DNA of 63,250 bases, the filler included, from Ministeria vibrans ATCC 50519 (taxonomy: Eukaryota > Protista > Filasterea), in assembly GCA_943704425.1 (NCBI GenBank). It is 8 parts of 8 records of this genome, joined end to end, with 100 filler letters (N's around TTAATTAATTAA, not from the genome) between each part and the next. Parts side by side here need not be neighbours in the genome. Positions count along the whole stretch, not along the records: positions 50,719 to 63,250 come from CALSCP010000026.1; 7 more parts are not named here. One strand, given 5' to 3'. Positions 58,561-63,250 of this stretch are shown here, piece by piece. Every line of letters begins with the position of its first letter. The stretch's first letter is position 1. The position numbers and the translations under genes were made by a program. Below the pieces are notes generated by a model that was not told where the DNA came from, searched no databases, and worked only from the letters and a program-made list of their open reading frames with translations.

Positions 58561-59598
58561 TTAGAGGACACCCGCTTCATTCTTGAGTTTGTCGATGAGC
58601 TCATCGACACTCGCGACTCGCGCACCACCCTAAGACAAAAAAAAAAAAAACGAAAAGATAGAAAATCAACCAATGAATCAAAATACAAATGAAACAGCGA
58701 GTAAGTCTACCTTGCGTGCGGGAGTTTCGCTGAGAGAGACGCGTGTGATGCGGGGCGTAATGTCAACACCCAGATCGGCCGCCGAGATGGTCTCAATGGG
58801 CTTCTTCTTGGCCTTCATGATGTTGGGCAGGGTCGCATAGCGCGGCTGGTTCAATCTGGTGTATGCAAGTGTGTGAGTGTCAACGGCGCATGCGATTGGG
58901 TGGGCTACCTGAGATCGGCGGTGATGACACACGGCACTTGGACATTGAGTGTCTCCAGGCCACCGTCCACCTCGCGCGTCACATTCAGACTCCCGTCTTC
59001 CACCTTCACCTCAGAGGCAAATGCTGCCTGAGGCCAGTCCAGCAGCGCAGACAGCATCTGTCCCGTCTGGTTTGCATCGTCGTCAATCGCCTGTTTCCCA
59101 AGAATCACTGTATTCGCCTTGACACCAAGCAGTACAAACGGTCATCCAAAGCGCACAAAACAAAACGGTCTCATCCATCCCACTCACCTCGTTCTTCTCA
59201 ACAATCTTCTGGAACAGCTTGGCGACGGCAAGTGGCTGTAGCGTCTCAAACTCATCATCCGACATCTACATATGAAAATGAGATCCCCTCTTTTTTTTTC
59301 TTCTTCCTATCTCTCTCTCTCTCTGAGTGCGTTGCGCGGCCATTCTCACCTGAACATGCACAGCCCTGTCGGCCCCCATTGCCAAGGCAGTCCGCAGGGT
59401 CTCAGCAGACGCCTTGGGGCCACAGGAGACGGCAATGACTTCACTCGCTTTCTTCTGCTCTTTCATTCGCACTGCCTACACATCGCCAAAACCCCACGCG
59501 TCAGCGTCGATCACCACACACGCCACACAGGGCACACCCTCAACAGAGAGACTGCGCCCATGCTGCGTTCACATATTCTTTTTTGAGGACAGAGAGTG

Positions 59599-59629
<31 letters not shown>

Positions 59630-59821
59630 AGAGAGAGAGAGAGTAACTCATTTTTTGTGTGTGTGTGTGTGTGTTGTGACCTCTTCCACGGCAATCTCAT
59701 CAAAGGGGTTCATGCTATGCTTGACTTGCTGGCGGACGACGCCTGCGCCGGCGGGGGCAAGGCGGACCTTGACGGCGTAGTCGATGGCGCGTTTGCAGCC
59801 CACGATCACTCTCAATGCCAT
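58561..59821 (-). CDS. ETFB: Electron transfer flavoprotein beta subunit
   Basis: [63 protein letters not shown]. Confidence 0.97.
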
Positions 59822-60242
59822 GCTGGGGGGGTGTGCGTGTGGGGCGGTCGGGTGTGCGACTGACAATAGATTGAAAATATTGTGATCATTTTTCAATTTT
59901 CGTATTTCATTCGTGATCTGAAATTTGAAAAAGAGAAAAGAACGGAAACGTAAATAGTACACAAGTAGTACAAAGCAATACAGCGCTTCCACCAGAGAGT
60001 CAGAGACCAAACACCAAAGCGTGAGAAAGAATCAAAAGATGAAGCGCACAATGCACTGACATTTTAACTCATAGTTCATGATCAGGTTTGTTTGTGTCCC
60101 GACTGTGTACTCACACATGGGCTGTTCAGTGATCACACCTGCTCGGCAGTGACACCTGTCTAGGCACTACTCCGCACTTACTCCACCGAGCGCAAAGGAC
60201 ACCACTGGTCAATCTTATATGCAATTCAGTGGATTCCTCTTT

Positions 60243-60269
60243 TTTCGCGCCTTGATCATTTTTTGGCGC
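60243..60269 (+). promoter_or_regulatory. Tandem E2F-type sites TTTCGCGC and TTTGGCGC upstream of MCM3
   Basis: Exact TTTSSCGC matches about 150-180 bp upstream of the ATG at 60421. Confidence 0.6.
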
Positions 60270-60420
60270 CGGCCGGCATTTACTCATTGATCATTCTATT
60301 TCCCTTGAGCCCGCTCTGCCGCCCCCTCCCGTTGCGGCTGATCTTGGTCTCCCACCCCACACGAGTCGACTTCTTCCTCTCCGCTGCCCCTTCAGGCCGG
60401 AGCACTCGTTGTAATCGATC

Positions 60421-63135
<2,715 letters not shown>

Positions 63136-63142
63136 TGACAGG

Positions 63143-63250
<108 letters not shown>

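Noticed and set aside
60060-60245. Pol III ncRNA (SRP, MRP or snRNA) between ETFB and MCM3
   Set aside because: No recognisable conserved motifs; the T-run is part of the E2F-like site.

Overview
This window is eukaryotic, gene-dense and intron-rich, and comes from a protist with TTAGGG telomeres and the standard genetic code. The gene content (a CAS-family adaptor, LRR1, a calsequestrin fold, HSL and Ena/VASP) suggests a unicellular relative of animals; that placement is an inference. It is not one locus: eight contigs are joined by artificial N-TTAATTAATTAA-N linkers. Housekeeping genes are RUVBL2, OCRL/INPP5B, TBCB, COA6, OPA3, ATG8, MTAP, NTMT1, mS34, an ANK-DHHC, ETFB and MCM3. The main points of interest are: (1) a p130Cas/BCAR1-architecture protein; (2) a non-acidic, KQEL-ending calsequestrin-like protein; (3) an intronless NB-ARC-TPR (NLR-like) protein whose N-terminus looks like a mitochondrial presequence; (4) an intron-containing, catalytically eroded homolog of a bacterial glucosamine-6-phosphate-isomerase-like family; (5) a subtelomere-like mosaic in which short (CCCTAA)n tracts mark gene-truncation junctions; (6) a strand-biased, mostly intronic satellite with core CTATCACTTTGTTT. 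All family assignments come from manual translation, manual splicing and remembered motifs; no database search was run.
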